Counted from the stretch's first letter, positions 55,595-64,000 are shown. The stretch: DNA of 64,000 nt from Clostridiales bacterium (GCA_022508305.1 JAFLVM010000001.1:770341-834340); one strand, 5' to 3'. Numbers and translations: made by a program. Notes: a model not told the origin generated them from the sequence alone.

Positions 55595-55702
55595 CAAAGG
55601 ATAGGTTTGATACAATGTTGTCAAACCTTTTCTTTTTGCTATTCGACTTTTGCACAAAAGGTCAAAAGCACAAAAAAGACGGCGGGATTTTGTTCCAACC
55701 GT
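55595..55702. repeat. 108-bp direct repeat, copy B
   Basis: See copy A. The differences fall mostly in hairpin loops, so both stems are preserved. Confidence 0.85.
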
Positions 55703-55742
55703 CGTGTTTAACATATTGTAAGATTAATTTTGTTGTCGTTTA

Positions 55743-56411
55743 TTAAAAGTCTTGAAACGGATCAGGCATAGAATTAGTAAACACTTCTTTAAATTTGGCT
55801 ATTAAATCCTCTGTGCTTACGTCTAATCCTTTAGTTTTGACGGTAAAAGTGACGTTTAAAGGAATAAGCTCAACAAGCAGACTATTACGCTTTTCTGTTA
55901 TTTTAATATCGTTAACGTCAATTTTATTGAGTTGAATTTCCGTTTTCTTTCGCGTATCGAATATATACATACCTTCGCTATACAATACAAAATATCTTTC
56001 GTTGTTATTGCCGTATATTTTGTAAAAGCCCACGCCCAAAAACAACGCTGACAGAATTCCGCCGAGAACGGAAAGGGCTGTCTTTGCTGCGTTTTCACGA
56101 GCGGCTTCGCGGTCAACTATTGCGCCATTCAAAGCAATTGCATCTTCTCCAAGATTTTGCATAAGTGTATTTATTTTTTCGATACTCTTCTTTTGTGAAG
56201 CAGTCGTTGCCCAAATGACTAAAAGCAAAATAACATCGAGTATTCCGCAAAAGATCAACGGATAATATCTTGTTCTTGCCGAGTCGTCATCGCCCCAACT
56301 TATATAAATTTCTTCAGGAAGTAATGCAAACACGATTCCCACGATGAGGAAAATTGCGCACGTAACCAGTACGAATATGATAGGACCCTTTTTTATTTTT
56401 AGCATTTTCAT
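55743..56411 (-). CDS. Hypothetical membrane protein, 222 aa
   Basis: Three hydrophobic spans and a soluble C-terminal domain. AT-rich. No family recognised. Confidence 0.5.
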   Translation of the reverse strand: MKMLKIKKGPIIFVLVTCAIFLIVGIVFALLPEEIYISWGDDDSARTRYYPLIFCGILDVILLLVIWATTASQKKSIEKINTLMQNLGEDAIALNGAIVDREAARENAAKTALSVLGGILSALFLGVGFYKIYGNNNERYFVLYSEGMYIFDTRKKTEIQLNKIDVNDIKITEKRNSLLVELIPLNVTFTVKTKGLDVSTEDLIAKFKEVFTNSMPDPFQDF

Positions 56412-56631
56412 TTTTTCTATCTCCGATATTTTTGATATTAAATAACTAAACGCAATAGTTTTATTAAAAATTGCTGATGATTACGTAGTGGATTATAGCA
56501 TACTCAATTGATACGCGCAAGAATAAAAAACCATTTGGCGCCGTTTCACCCGAGAACAATGAAGATATACGTAAGAACCATCACTATACTCACAAAACGG
56601 AACTCTACTTCTCGCCAACAATTCAATAAAC

Positions 56632-56665
56632 AAAAAACACCTCCCGCATTTGAGAGGTGTTTTGT
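56632..56665 (-). terminator. Rho-independent terminator of the lipoprotein gene
   Basis: ACACCTC ... GAGGTGT stem. On the minus strand it is followed by TTTTTTGTTTATT. Confidence 0.7.
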
Positions 56666-56695
56666 GTAGTGTTGATATGTTGCGTATTTAGTTGG

Positions 56696-58933
56696 TTATT
56701 TGCTGAAGTTCAATTCGTTGTACGTCGTTGTTCCTTCGCTATCCGTTACTGAAAGTACGCAACCCGTGTAGTAGTTTTTGTCATTCCAGTTGCATGCGGC
56801 AATCTCCACGGTAACGGTTTGACCGTCGTACTTTTTCAAGAATGAATACTGATTTGCGCTACTGCAATACAAAGTAATCTTCTTTTCACCGCTTGCGTTC
56901 GTTACGTAAATATTTGCGTAATATGTCGATTCAACGACAGATATTTTTACTTCCATGGTGTAAACGGACGTTGAGTAGTCTTCTGCAACGTTAAGATTGA
57001 GGAATTCTTCCACCGTCAAATTACCTGCAAACGCTGCCTTGCTGTACTCGTGATGACCGTAGCGGTTTATTAACACTTCCGTATCGAACAGACAGGTTTG
57101 TCCGTGTATGTTGGTACTTGATTCTTTCTTGTTGTTTCTGCGAGTGCCTTTTACCACTACTTCGTCACCCAGTGACAGCGTTGCCATAGTGTTGCTGTCC
57201 GTAATAATTGCAATTACGCCCGTCTCGTCGATAAGATAGAAACCGACCTTGTTGACAAGTGACGGACCCACGATTCCAGTTGCAGTAACTTCATCGCCAA
57301 CGTTTGCCTTAATAGCCTCGCTAACGGTGACTGCATCGAACTCCGGCGCTTCTTCAACGGTTACGGATACAGTTGCCGTTGCCGAATAAGTCTTGTAATT
57401 CGCTGTAATCGTGATAACCGCCGTTCCCGGGTTACAGGTGTGGAATACGGTTGCGCTATCCGTTGTTTCAATGTCCACTACGTTCGTATCACTGGAAGAA
57501 TACGAAAGAGTGACGTTGTCAATTCCGAGAAGAGTGGACGAAACGGAAGTTACAAGTTCAATAGCGGGGTCGCTTTGATACTTGGCTGCGAATTGTCCCA
57601 AGCCGTAGTAGTCAATTGCAAATTGCGGAGCGTTTTTCTCGTCAAAGGTGTAATTTTCGTCACTTACTTGGATGGGTTGGAAACGCCACACGCAACCTGT
57701 CGCGCTGGATTTAGCATTGATTGCGGAAAGGTATACCGTACAAATCTTGCCGTCAAACTCTTTCAGCCAAGCGAGGTCGCTACCGTTGCATTGGGTGTAC
57801 ACGTAGCTACCAGTTTTGCCGTCGATGTCGTCAATGTAGTAGTTGATGAAGCCTGCGCCGACAGATTCCGTTACAAGAGCGTTTACTTTGAAAATAGTCG
57901 TTGTTATGTTGTTGTTAACGGGCGTGTCCATGATAGCTTTTACCGTGGATTCCGTAACCCAACCGAAATCAATCGCATTGTCACCCTTGTCGTTTTCGAT
58001 AAGTACGCAATCCGTTACTTGAATGCAACCCGTGTAACCGAATTTTTTGGCATTGGTGGCTTCGGTGTCAAGAATAAAGTTTGCGCGCGTTGCGGCAATC
58101 TTGACCTTGTTGCCAATTGCTACTTGCGGAGCAATTTGCGAATCGTACACGTAAATTGAGTTCGTTGCGTCAACGAGATAGAATCCGCTTGGCTTCATAC
58201 CGTTGGCGTAGGTGATTTGCGCTACAACGCCCTCGAGAATTACCAACTCGCCTTCATCGTGCGTTCTGGCTGCGTCAACGGTCATCGGGGTGTAGTTCGA
58301 GAGGTCTTTGTTGTTCTCGACATGCTTAAATTCTACTATCCAACCGCTGCCGATTTCCTTGGTGCCTTTAAAGTTTTTCAGCAACGCGTACAGCAATACG
58401 GTGTCGCCTGCGTAAGGTTTTTCATCCATTTCGCTGTAACGCTTCGTACCGTCCGCGCTGTAGGTTCCGTATACTTCAATTTCGCCAGTTTCATCTTGAA
58501 GAATCATTTGTCCGTACGTCGGATTACTGATGCTCTTGACTGTGCCGCCAACGTAAATGCGTTCGGTAGCTTCCCAACCGTCGTTTTCGCCGCACATCGC
58601 CAACGCTTCGGCAACGGTGTGAATTTTCTTCCACTGCGCTGTGAGCTTAACGTCATGCGCAGGCATTGTGAACGTGTCGCCCTCTTTGTAGGTGTTTGTG
58701 CCGTCACTCCACCCATCGAAGGTGTACCCTGCGAGCGTAAACGTGTTTCCGACTACAGTTACGGTGTCACCCTCTTTGTAATTCTTCACAGCAGGCGCTG
58801 TGCCTGTTGCTTCGCTGTTGCCACTGTCGTACGTCACCTTGTACGTTACGGGATCTGCACAAGCCGCGAGCGTAACGGTAAGAATGAAAACAAAACACAA
58901 CAAAACGAGCAATAATTTTGTTTTTCTTTTCAT
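56696..58933 (-). CDS. Surface lipoprotein with a Listeria-Bacteroides (InlB B-type) repeat, OB-fold-like modules and a Big_2 domain
   Basis: Lipobox LTVTLAAC after MKRKTKLLLVLLCFVFI. YKVTYDSGN...LAGYTFDGWSDG...LTAQWKK repeat. Ig-like VTLSYSSSDTNVVDI...GTAVITITA. Start at 58933 (GGAGGA SD). Confidence 0.7.
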   Translation of the reverse strand: MKRKTKLLLVLLCFVFILTVTLAACADPVTYKVTYDSGNSEATGTAPAVKNYKEGDTVTVVGNTFTLAGYTFDGWSDGTNTYKEGDTFTMPAHDVKLTAQWKKIHTVAEALAMCGENDGWEATERIYVGGTVKSISNPTYGQMILQDETGEIEVYGTYSADGTKRYSEMDEKPYAGDTVLLYALLKNFKGTKEIGSGWIVEFKHVENNKDLSNYTPMTVDAARTHDEGELVILEGVVAQITYANGMKPSGFYLVDATNSIYVYDSQIAPQVAIGNKVKIAATRANFILDTEATNAKKFGYTGCIQVTDCVLIENDKGDNAIDFGWVTESTVKAIMDTPVNNNITTTIFKVNALVTESVGAGFINYYIDDIDGKTGSYVYTQCNGSDLAWLKEFDGKICTVYLSAINAKSSATGCVWRFQPIQVSDENYTFDEKNAPQFAIDYYGLGQFAAKYQSDPAIELVTSVSSTLLGIDNVTLSYSSSDTNVVDIETTDSATVFHTCNPGTAVITITANYKTYSATATVSVTVEEAPEFDAVTVSEAIKANVGDEVTATGIVGPSLVNKVGFYLIDETGVIAIITDSNTMATLSLGDEVVVKGTRRNNKKESSTNIHGQTCLFDTEVLINRYGHHEYSKAAFAGNLTVEEFLNLNVAEDYSTSVYTMEVKISVVESTYYANIYVTNASGEKKITLYCSSANQYSFLKKYDGQTVTVEIAACNWNDKNYYTGCVLSVTDSEGTTTYNELNFSK

Positions 58934-59146
58934 GACTTCCTCCTGTATATAATTTTTTTGGGGGGATGTCACAGAAAAAAGCACGTTCTAACGTGACACC
59001 AATTTATTTTACCATTTTTACCCCCACCCTTGTCAATACCAAATTTAAAATTAAAAAAATTGGGACGTCCTTTTACTTTAGGAACATTCGACAGGAAATT
59101 TGAAACTGTATTGCTTATATTATGGCAATTTATGCCTCAATTTTGA

Positions 59147-59193
59147 CGTAAAATTGGCAATTCTGTTTTGCTATTAGCGTAAAATTGCCAATT
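59147..59193. promoter_or_regulatory. Two CGTAAAATTGNCAATT palindromic boxes (candidate operator)
   Basis: CGTAAAATTGGCAATT (59147-59162) and CGTAAAATTGCCAATT (59178-59193), 31 bp apart. The core AATTGNCAATT is self-complementary. Confidence 0.4.
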
Positions 59194-59267
59194 ATGTCTT
59201 GATTTTACCGCTTAAATAAGATATAATTATTATTTGTTATTTCAATTATCAAGTATAAAACACCACG

Positions 59268-59307
59268 CGCCTCACTGGCGAGGTGTACTTGCCCCACTGA
59301 CGAGGTG
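59268..59307 (-). repeat. Dispersed intergenic repeat, two tandem core copies
   Basis: CGCCTCACTGGCGAGGTG (59268-59285) followed by TACTTGCCCCACTGACGAGGTG (59286-59307). The latter is 21/22 identical to 21980-22001. Confidence 0.5.
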
Positions 59308-59328
59308 CGGCGAGGACAAGGAGAACTA

Positions 59329-60864
59329 ATGAAAATTGCTTTAACAGGCGTAACGGGAAATATGGGCATTCAAGCGCTGAGGGAGCTAATCAAGCTGCCT
59401 GGCGCTGAACTCAAGTTGCTTGTTTTCCCCAAGGAAAAGCGCCTAAAGGAAATAAAAAAGATTTGCAAAGGCAATAAGAGCCGCGTTGAATTCGTGTACG
59501 GCGCATTAAACAGTCGCGAGGCAATGGACAAGCTTGTAGCGGGAGTAGACTACGTTGTCAACATGGCAGCGGTAATTCCACCCCACAGCGACCAACACCC
59601 GCAAAAGGCAATAGATTGCAACGAAAAGGGCGTGGACTGCTTGGTGTCCGCAATTGAGGCTCTCGAAGTCAAGCCTAAGCTTATACACATATCTACCGTT
59701 GCGCTCTACGGCAACCGAAACAGCAAACACATGTGGGCAAGAGTGGGCGACCCGCTGCTCATTTCCCCCTTCGACATTTATTCTTTGACGAAGATGCGCG
59801 GCGAGTTCCGCGTGTTGGAAAGCGACGTTCCCTACAAAACGGTTCTGCGTCAGACGGCAATGCTACACAGTCACATGCTTGCCGACAACATGAACGACGG
59901 ACTTATGTTCCACACCTGCTTCAACGCGCCGCTGGAATGGGTCACCGCAGAGGACTCGGGACTGCTCATTGCCAATATTATTAAGGAAGATATTGCAAAC
60001 GGCGAAAAGCTCAAAGAAAAATTTTGGAATAGGTGCTTCAATATCGGCGGCGGTCTCGTCAACTGCGTCACCGGCTACGACGTGTTGAACGACGGCTTTG
60101 AAATTATCGGCGGTTCGGTAAAGAACTTTTTCAACACCAACTTCAACGCTACGCGTAACTTCCACGGCGTGTGGTTTTACGACACGAACGAATTAAACGA
60201 CCTGTTCCACCACCAACGCCAAAGCACGGCGGACTTCTGGAGACAGTTCACGGCAGAGCACGGAATACTGAAGGCAGGCAAAATCGTTTCCAAAAAACTA
60301 ATCAAGAAATTCGCAATCGAACGGCTGTGCAAGGACCCGAACAGCCCCCACTACTGGAAAAGTCACAACGACGAAGCGAGGATGCTGGCATACTTCGGCG
60401 GATTGGACAAATTCGAGGCAATACCGCAAAACTGGGCGGAATTCCCACTGCTCAAGGACGGAAAAGCGGAAAACGGTGACGAAATTGATTATTCCGCCCT
60501 CAAAAACCGTGACACTGCAAAAATGGTGGACATTGGTTACGACCCAGCAAAACCCGTAACGCTAAAAGAACTTGCCCACGTTGCCGAGCTGCACGGCGGC
60601 AAACTGCTATCCACTGAGGGCGACGTGTACGACAGATTGGAGTGGGTCAACAGCGACGGCGAACGCTTTACCGCAAAAGGATACACGGTACTTTGCGGAC
60701 ACTGGTGGAACCCAAGCTACACAGGCTACTGTTGGGATTTCGACCGTCTTGCCAAGAAGGACAAAATTTACGCGCAAATTTGGTACGACAGTCACGACGA
60801 AAACGAAGACAACTTCTACTACCTAAACGACAACTTTGAAGCAGAATACAAGAAGATAAAATGA
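59329..60864 (+). CDS. NAD(P)-dependent epimerase/dehydratase-family (extended SDR) protein with an uncharacterised ~250-aa C-terminal domain
   Basis: MKIALTGVTGNMGIQAL (Rossmann GxxGxxG). YSLTK fits the YxxxK motif. The Trp-rich C-terminal half is unassigned. Start at 59329 (AAGGAG SD). Confidence 0.65.
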   Translation: MKIALTGVTGNMGIQALRELIKLPGAELKLLVFPKEKRLKEIKKICKGNKSRVEFVYGALNSREAMDKLVAGVDYVVNMAAVIPPHSDQHPQKAIDCNEKGVDCLVSAIEALEVKPKLIHISTVALYGNRNSKHMWARVGDPLLISPFDIYSLTKMRGEFRVLESDVPYKTVLRQTAMLHSHMLADNMNDGLMFHTCFNAPLEWVTAEDSGLLIANIIKEDIANGEKLKEKFWNRCFNIGGGLVNCVTGYDVLNDGFEIIGGSVKNFFNTNFNATRNFHGVWFYDTNELNDLFHHQRQSTADFWRQFTAEHGILKAGKIVSKKLIKKFAIERLCKDPNSPHYWKSHNDEARMLAYFGGLDKFEAIPQNWAEFPLLKDGKAENGDEIDYSALKNRDTAKMVDIGYDPAKPVTLKELAHVAELHGGKLLSTEGDVYDRLEWVNSDGERFTAKGYTVLCGHWWNPSYTGYCWDFDRLAKKDKIYAQIWYDSHDENEDNFYYLNDNFEAEYKKIK

Positions 60865-61790
60865 AAGTTTTAATTTGTTACTTTTCAGGAACGGGAAACA
60901 CCGAAAAAGTTGCTGACAAATTCGTTTCCTGCTTTACCGAACTCAATAACGAAGTAGAAACTGTAGCCGTCGAAAGCGTACTCGATGGAAAAACGCTGAC
61001 TGACAGCTTCCAAACCCTACTCAAAAACGCAGATTTAGTAGGATTTGGCTACCCCATTCACGCTTTTAACGCTCCGGCGATAGTGTTGGAATTTGCAAAA
61101 CGCCTGCCGAAGCTTCGCGAAAAAAAGCGCGCGTTTGTGTTCAACACTTCGGGCGAGCCTCTCGAACTCAACAACATTTCCTCAATCAAGCTGTGCCGAC
61201 TGCTCAAACGCCGCAACATTGAAGTTGTGTCGGAGTACCACTACTGCATGCCCTACAACATTATGTTCCGCCACTCGGACGACATGGCTCTCAAAATGTG
61301 GACGACGGCAGAGCAGCTCATTCCGCTGGACGTGGACGAATTGCAAAAAAACCGACCCCATGTGCTGAAAAAGGTGGCTTGCGGAGACTTTGTTGCCTGG
61401 GTAATGCGCTGCGAACACTGGGGCGGACGGCTTAACGGCAGACAGTACAAGGTGAGCGACGAATGCGCCCATTGCGAAAAATGCGTACGTATTTGCCCGA
61501 CGCACAACATAAAAATCGTAGACGGCAAATTCAAATTCGGCAAGAATTGTCTGATGTGTATGCGTTGCGCAATGCTGTGCCCCAAGAACGCAATAAAAAT
61601 AGGTTGGTTCAACAAATGGAAGGTAAACGGCGCCTACAGCTTTGACGAACCGGCTACCCCCGAAGAACAGCAACACTACAACAAAATGCTCACCAAAGCC
61701 TACGAAAAGTACTTTGCGGAGTGCGATGAGCGAATCGCCCACATCGAGAGCAATCGCCAGTCCTCACAAGACGGGCAAGTGAATCAATAA
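60861..61790 (+). CDS. Flavodoxin-like + 2x[4Fe-4S] ferredoxin fusion (EFR1-type)
   Basis: MKVLICYFSGTGNTEKVA (flavodoxin-like), then CAHCEKCVRICP and CLMCMRCAMLCP cluster motifs. ATGA overlap with the upstream gene. Confidence 0.65.
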   Translation: MKVLICYFSGTGNTEKVADKFVSCFTELNNEVETVAVESVLDGKTLTDSFQTLLKNADLVGFGYPIHAFNAPAIVLEFAKRLPKLREKKRAFVFNTSGEPLELNNISSIKLCRLLKRRNIEVVSEYHYCMPYNIMFRHSDDMALKMWTTAEQLIPLDVDELQKNRPHVLKKVACGDFVAWVMRCEHWGGRLNGRQYKVSDECAHCEKCVRICPTHNIKIVDGKFKFGKNCLMCMRCAMLCPKNAIKIGWFNKWKVNGAYSFDEPATPEEQQHYNKMLTKAYEKYFAECDERIAHIESNRQSSQDGQVNQ

Positions 61791-61815
61791 AATAACAAAT
61801 TCAAATTTACAAAAC

Positions 61816-61847
61816 AAAAAAGACTCTTAAAGCAAGAGCCTTTTTTT
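61816..61847. terminator. Bidirectional terminator
   Basis: AAAAAAGACTCTT-aaagc-AAGAGCCTTTTTTT lies between convergent genes ending at 61790 (+) and 61864 (-). Confidence 0.7.
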
Positions 61848-61863
61848 GTTGTAATAAATATTT

Positions 61864-63228
61864 TTATCTATTGTAAATTTTGTCGCGAATGTCCTTGACC
61901 TGCGAGGCGGTAATATCGTTGGTTTTGATTTCTTCGCTGATTTTGTCACGCGCGTGCATCACCGTCGTGTGGTCTCTGCCGCCAAAGTACTCGCCTATGG
62001 ACACGAGAGGTACGCTTTGACCCAAAATGTCGCAAATTAGATATATGCAAATCTGACGGGGTACGACAATTTCCTTATTTTTCTTTTTACCGATTAAGTC
62101 CTCGCGTTTTACCCTGAAGTAGTCGCAGGTCGCCTTAACGATGTGGTCAATGGTGATGATGTCGCTACTGGAATCGGCGTAATCTTTGAGCGCGTCGTTT
62201 ACGATGTTGAGATCGTTCGGGTCGCCGCCTACAAGGGTACTGTAGCTGATAATACGGTTCAACATTCCTTCCATTTCACGGATGTTGCTTGTTATCTTTT
62301 CCGCAATCATGCTAAGCACCTTGATGTTGAGCACGTAACCCTTGTTGTTGCACTTCTTTTGCAGTATTGCAATACGCGTTTCAAGGTCGGGCGGGTTGAT
62401 TTCCGCAATTATTCCCATTGCAAAACGGGTCTTTAAGCGTTCCTCAATCTTGATTTCCTTAGGCGGACGGTCGGAGCTGAGTATAATCTGCTTGTCCGCA
62501 AGGTACAAATCGTTGAATGCGTGGAACATTTCTTCCTGCGTGCTGTCCTTGTTTGCGAGAAACTGCACGTCGTCCATCATCAATACGTCCAACTTGCGGT
62601 ACTTGTCGCGAAAATTCTTCATTGAGTTGGAGTTGTTGGACGTGTCGCGTACCGATTCGATAAATTCGTTTATGAATTGGTCGCAGGTGACGTACATTAT
62701 CTTCTTTTCGGGGAAGTTGCGCTGCAAAGTGTTGCCAATTGCGTGCATAAGGTGGGTTTTGCCCAGTCCAACGCCTCCCCACAGGAACACGGGGTTGTAC
62801 TTTGTTCCGGGATTTTCGGCAACGGCGCGCGCTACTGCGTCTGCGTATTCGTTGGATTTGCCTACGACGAAGTTTTCAAAAGTGTAGGCAGATACGAACG
62901 TGGCTTTTTCCTCGGTGTCGTTGACGTAGTTGGCGGATACGGGAATGTCCACTTCCTGCTCGGCGCTTACCTTGTCCAATTCGTCCTCGGTGATGATTTC
63001 AACGTCCACGAGGGATGGGAAAACCATGTTGGTGCACCGTTTCAGCACTTCCCTGTAGTTGTTGTCTACGATATTTTTCAGCGCGCGTGTTTCGGCAAGC
63101 AAAATAAGCCTGTCGCGGTGGATTCCCACAGGTTGCAACGAATTGATGTACAAATCGTACGCCAACGTCGTCGTTTTCGCCTCTGCCTCCAGCAATATAT
63201 TGTTCCAAATCTGATTTATTTTTAACAT
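61864..63228 (-). CDS. dnaA: Chromosomal replication initiator protein DnaA
   Basis: Walker A GGVGLGKTHLMHAIG, box VII/sensor motifs, and C-terminal DNA-binding IGEYFGGRDHTTVMHARDKI. Start placed at ATG 63228 (MLKINQIWNNIL...), not the track start at 63264. Confidence 0.95.
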   Translation of the reverse strand: MLKINQIWNNILLEAEAKTTTLAYDLYINSLQPVGIHRDRLILLAETRALKNIVDNNYREVLKRCTNMVFPSLVDVEIITEDELDKVSAEQEVDIPVSANYVNDTEEKATFVSAYTFENFVVGKSNEYADAVARAVAENPGTKYNPVFLWGGVGLGKTHLMHAIGNTLQRNFPEKKIMYVTCDQFINEFIESVRDTSNNSNSMKNFRDKYRKLDVLMMDDVQFLANKDSTQEEMFHAFNDLYLADKQIILSSDRPPKEIKIEERLKTRFAMGIIAEINPPDLETRIAILQKKCNNKGYVLNIKVLSMIAEKITSNIREMEGMLNRIISYSTLVGGDPNDLNIVNDALKDYADSSSDIITIDHIVKATCDYFRVKREDLIGKKKNKEIVVPRQICIYLICDILGQSVPLVSIGEYFGGRDHTTVMHARDKISEEIKTNDITASQVKDIRDKIYNR

Positions 63229-63277
63229 GTCTAATATTGTAACAAAAACGTCGTCAGAAATCAAGATTTTCGCAGAG

Positions 63278-63286
63278 ATTATATCA
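63278..63286 (-). promoter_or_regulatory. Extended -10 element, candidate dnaA promoter
   Basis: Minus strand TGATATAAT lies 50 nt upstream of the dnaA ATG. No good -35 element. Confidence 0.35.
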
Positions 63287-63301
63287 CATTGATTTGCTAC
63301 A

Positions 63302-63334
63302 AAAAAGAATGATACCTTTGTGGTACCATTCTCA
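63302..63334 (-). terminator. Rho-independent terminator of the upstream nitroreductase-like gene
   Basis: Minus strand: GAATGGTACC-acaaa-GGTATCATTC followed by TTTTTTG. Lies directly after the CDS ending at 63340. Confidence 0.8.
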
Positions 63335-63339
63335 TTCGT

Positions 63340-64000
63340 TTATTTGCTAATCGTATAAGTTGCCGTAAGCACCTTCTTTTGGTCGTCGGTGTCAGTATGC
63401 AGCTGTCTTGCGAACGCGTAGCCTTCGTTTTCCAACGCTATTTCGAGGAAACACAGGAAAATACCCACGTCTACCTTGTTCCAATGCTTGAATAGTACGC
63501 TTGACAGTACGGGAGTTTTGCCCTTTTCGCGGTAAATCTTCAGTTTGTTGCCCTCTTGCTCCACCTTCCAAGGTTGACTGTTGCAAGCGCTGGGAGCAAG
63601 TCGCGCAATCTCTCCAACGGCATGTAAGTCTAAGTTGGCATTATCGACAACTTGCCATATCTCACTTACGCTTTTACGGTTGAACTCACTTGTGTCAACA
63701 CGGAAATCCTCTTCCTTGCTCTTGCCAAAGCTTAGCATAATGGCGTAGCTCAAACCGTACTTCTGCTCTTCCCTAACCTTGCCCATGCCGTACCAACACA
63801 CACCTATATTCATCGTCGCAAGGTACAAATCCCACTGTTCCAACATGTAACCGACGTTGGCAAGCCACAAATTGCCCTCTTCGCTGTACACAATAAGCGC
63901 GTACTCGGCGTCAAACTTGCAATTGGTCTGCTTACAAGGTACGATTTCGAAATCCACCTTTAGTTCCGAGCAAAGAGGTTTGAGTTGATGTAAGTAATCT
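63340..64000 (-). CDS. Nitroreductase-family protein, 5' end probably outside the window
   Basis: RLAPSACNSQPW motif at about residue 120 of the track ORF. The frame stays open upstream of the GTG at 63957 to the window edge (…DYLHQLKPLCSELK-VDFEIV…), so the gene likely starts beyond 64000. Confidence 0.65.
   Translation of the reverse strand, partial: DYLHQLKPLCSELKVDFEIVPCKQTNCKFDAEYALIVYSEEGNLWLANVGYMLEQWDLYLATMNIGVCWYGMGKVREEQKYGLSYAIMLSFGKSKEEDFRVDTSEFNRKSVSEIWQVVDNANLDLHAVGEIARLAPSACNSQPWKVEQEGNKLKIYREKGKTPVLSSVLFKHWNKVDVGIFLCFLEIALENEGYAFARQLHTDTDDQKKVLTATYTISK

Noticed and set aside
59286-59307. CTGACGA within the dispersed repeat resembles the hammerhead ribozyme CUGANGA core
   Set aside because: No accompanying GAAA element, no stems I-III and no cleavage-site context could be drawn. 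The match is most likely coincidental.

Overview
64-kb chromosomal segment that looks like a Bacillota/Clostridia-type anaerobe. This is inferred from AGGAGG-type Shine-Dalgarno sites, a split transketolase, a DUF1667-type glycerol-3-P dehydrogenase/glpK operon and a YhaO/YhaN-like SbcCD pair. The backbone is housekeeping: gyrB-gyrA-argS-cvpA, a divergent recF, a two-gene ABC exporter, psuG, pyk, DegV, a GH36 alpha-galactosidase, radC-gltX, pepV, mscL and an isolated dnaA. All three tRNA genes in the window, Ser-UGA, Arg-CCU and Pro-CGG, sit next to visibly AT-rich accessory DNA. (1) 490-4771: two translationally coupled DUF262 proteins, one of them a full GmrSD-like DUF262+DUF1524 enzyme. Just across tRNA-Ser lies an AT-rich sigma factor / secreted protein / membrane protein operon. 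(2) 45142-48714: an overlapping nucleotidyltransferase + Abi_2-like HEPN pair followed by an RloC/PrrC-like ABC-ATPase with a CxxC hook and an R-x3-E...H anticodon-nuclease-like tail. I consider this the best candidate for an undescribed composite defence module. (3) 54402-55702: a single DUF4238 gene bracketed by two diverged 108-bp direct repeats that duplicate the terminator region 3' of tRNA-Pro. Other observations: stand-alone 40-aa and 24-aa ORFs with perfect SD sites, a short dispersed intergenic repeat family, three tandem zinc-ribbon/TM paralogues, operator-like repeats, and dispersal of the usual dnaA-dnaN-recF-gyrBA cluster. I saw no CRISPR array, rRNA, integrase or transposase. All calls rest on motif recognition by eye; no database search or folding program was run.
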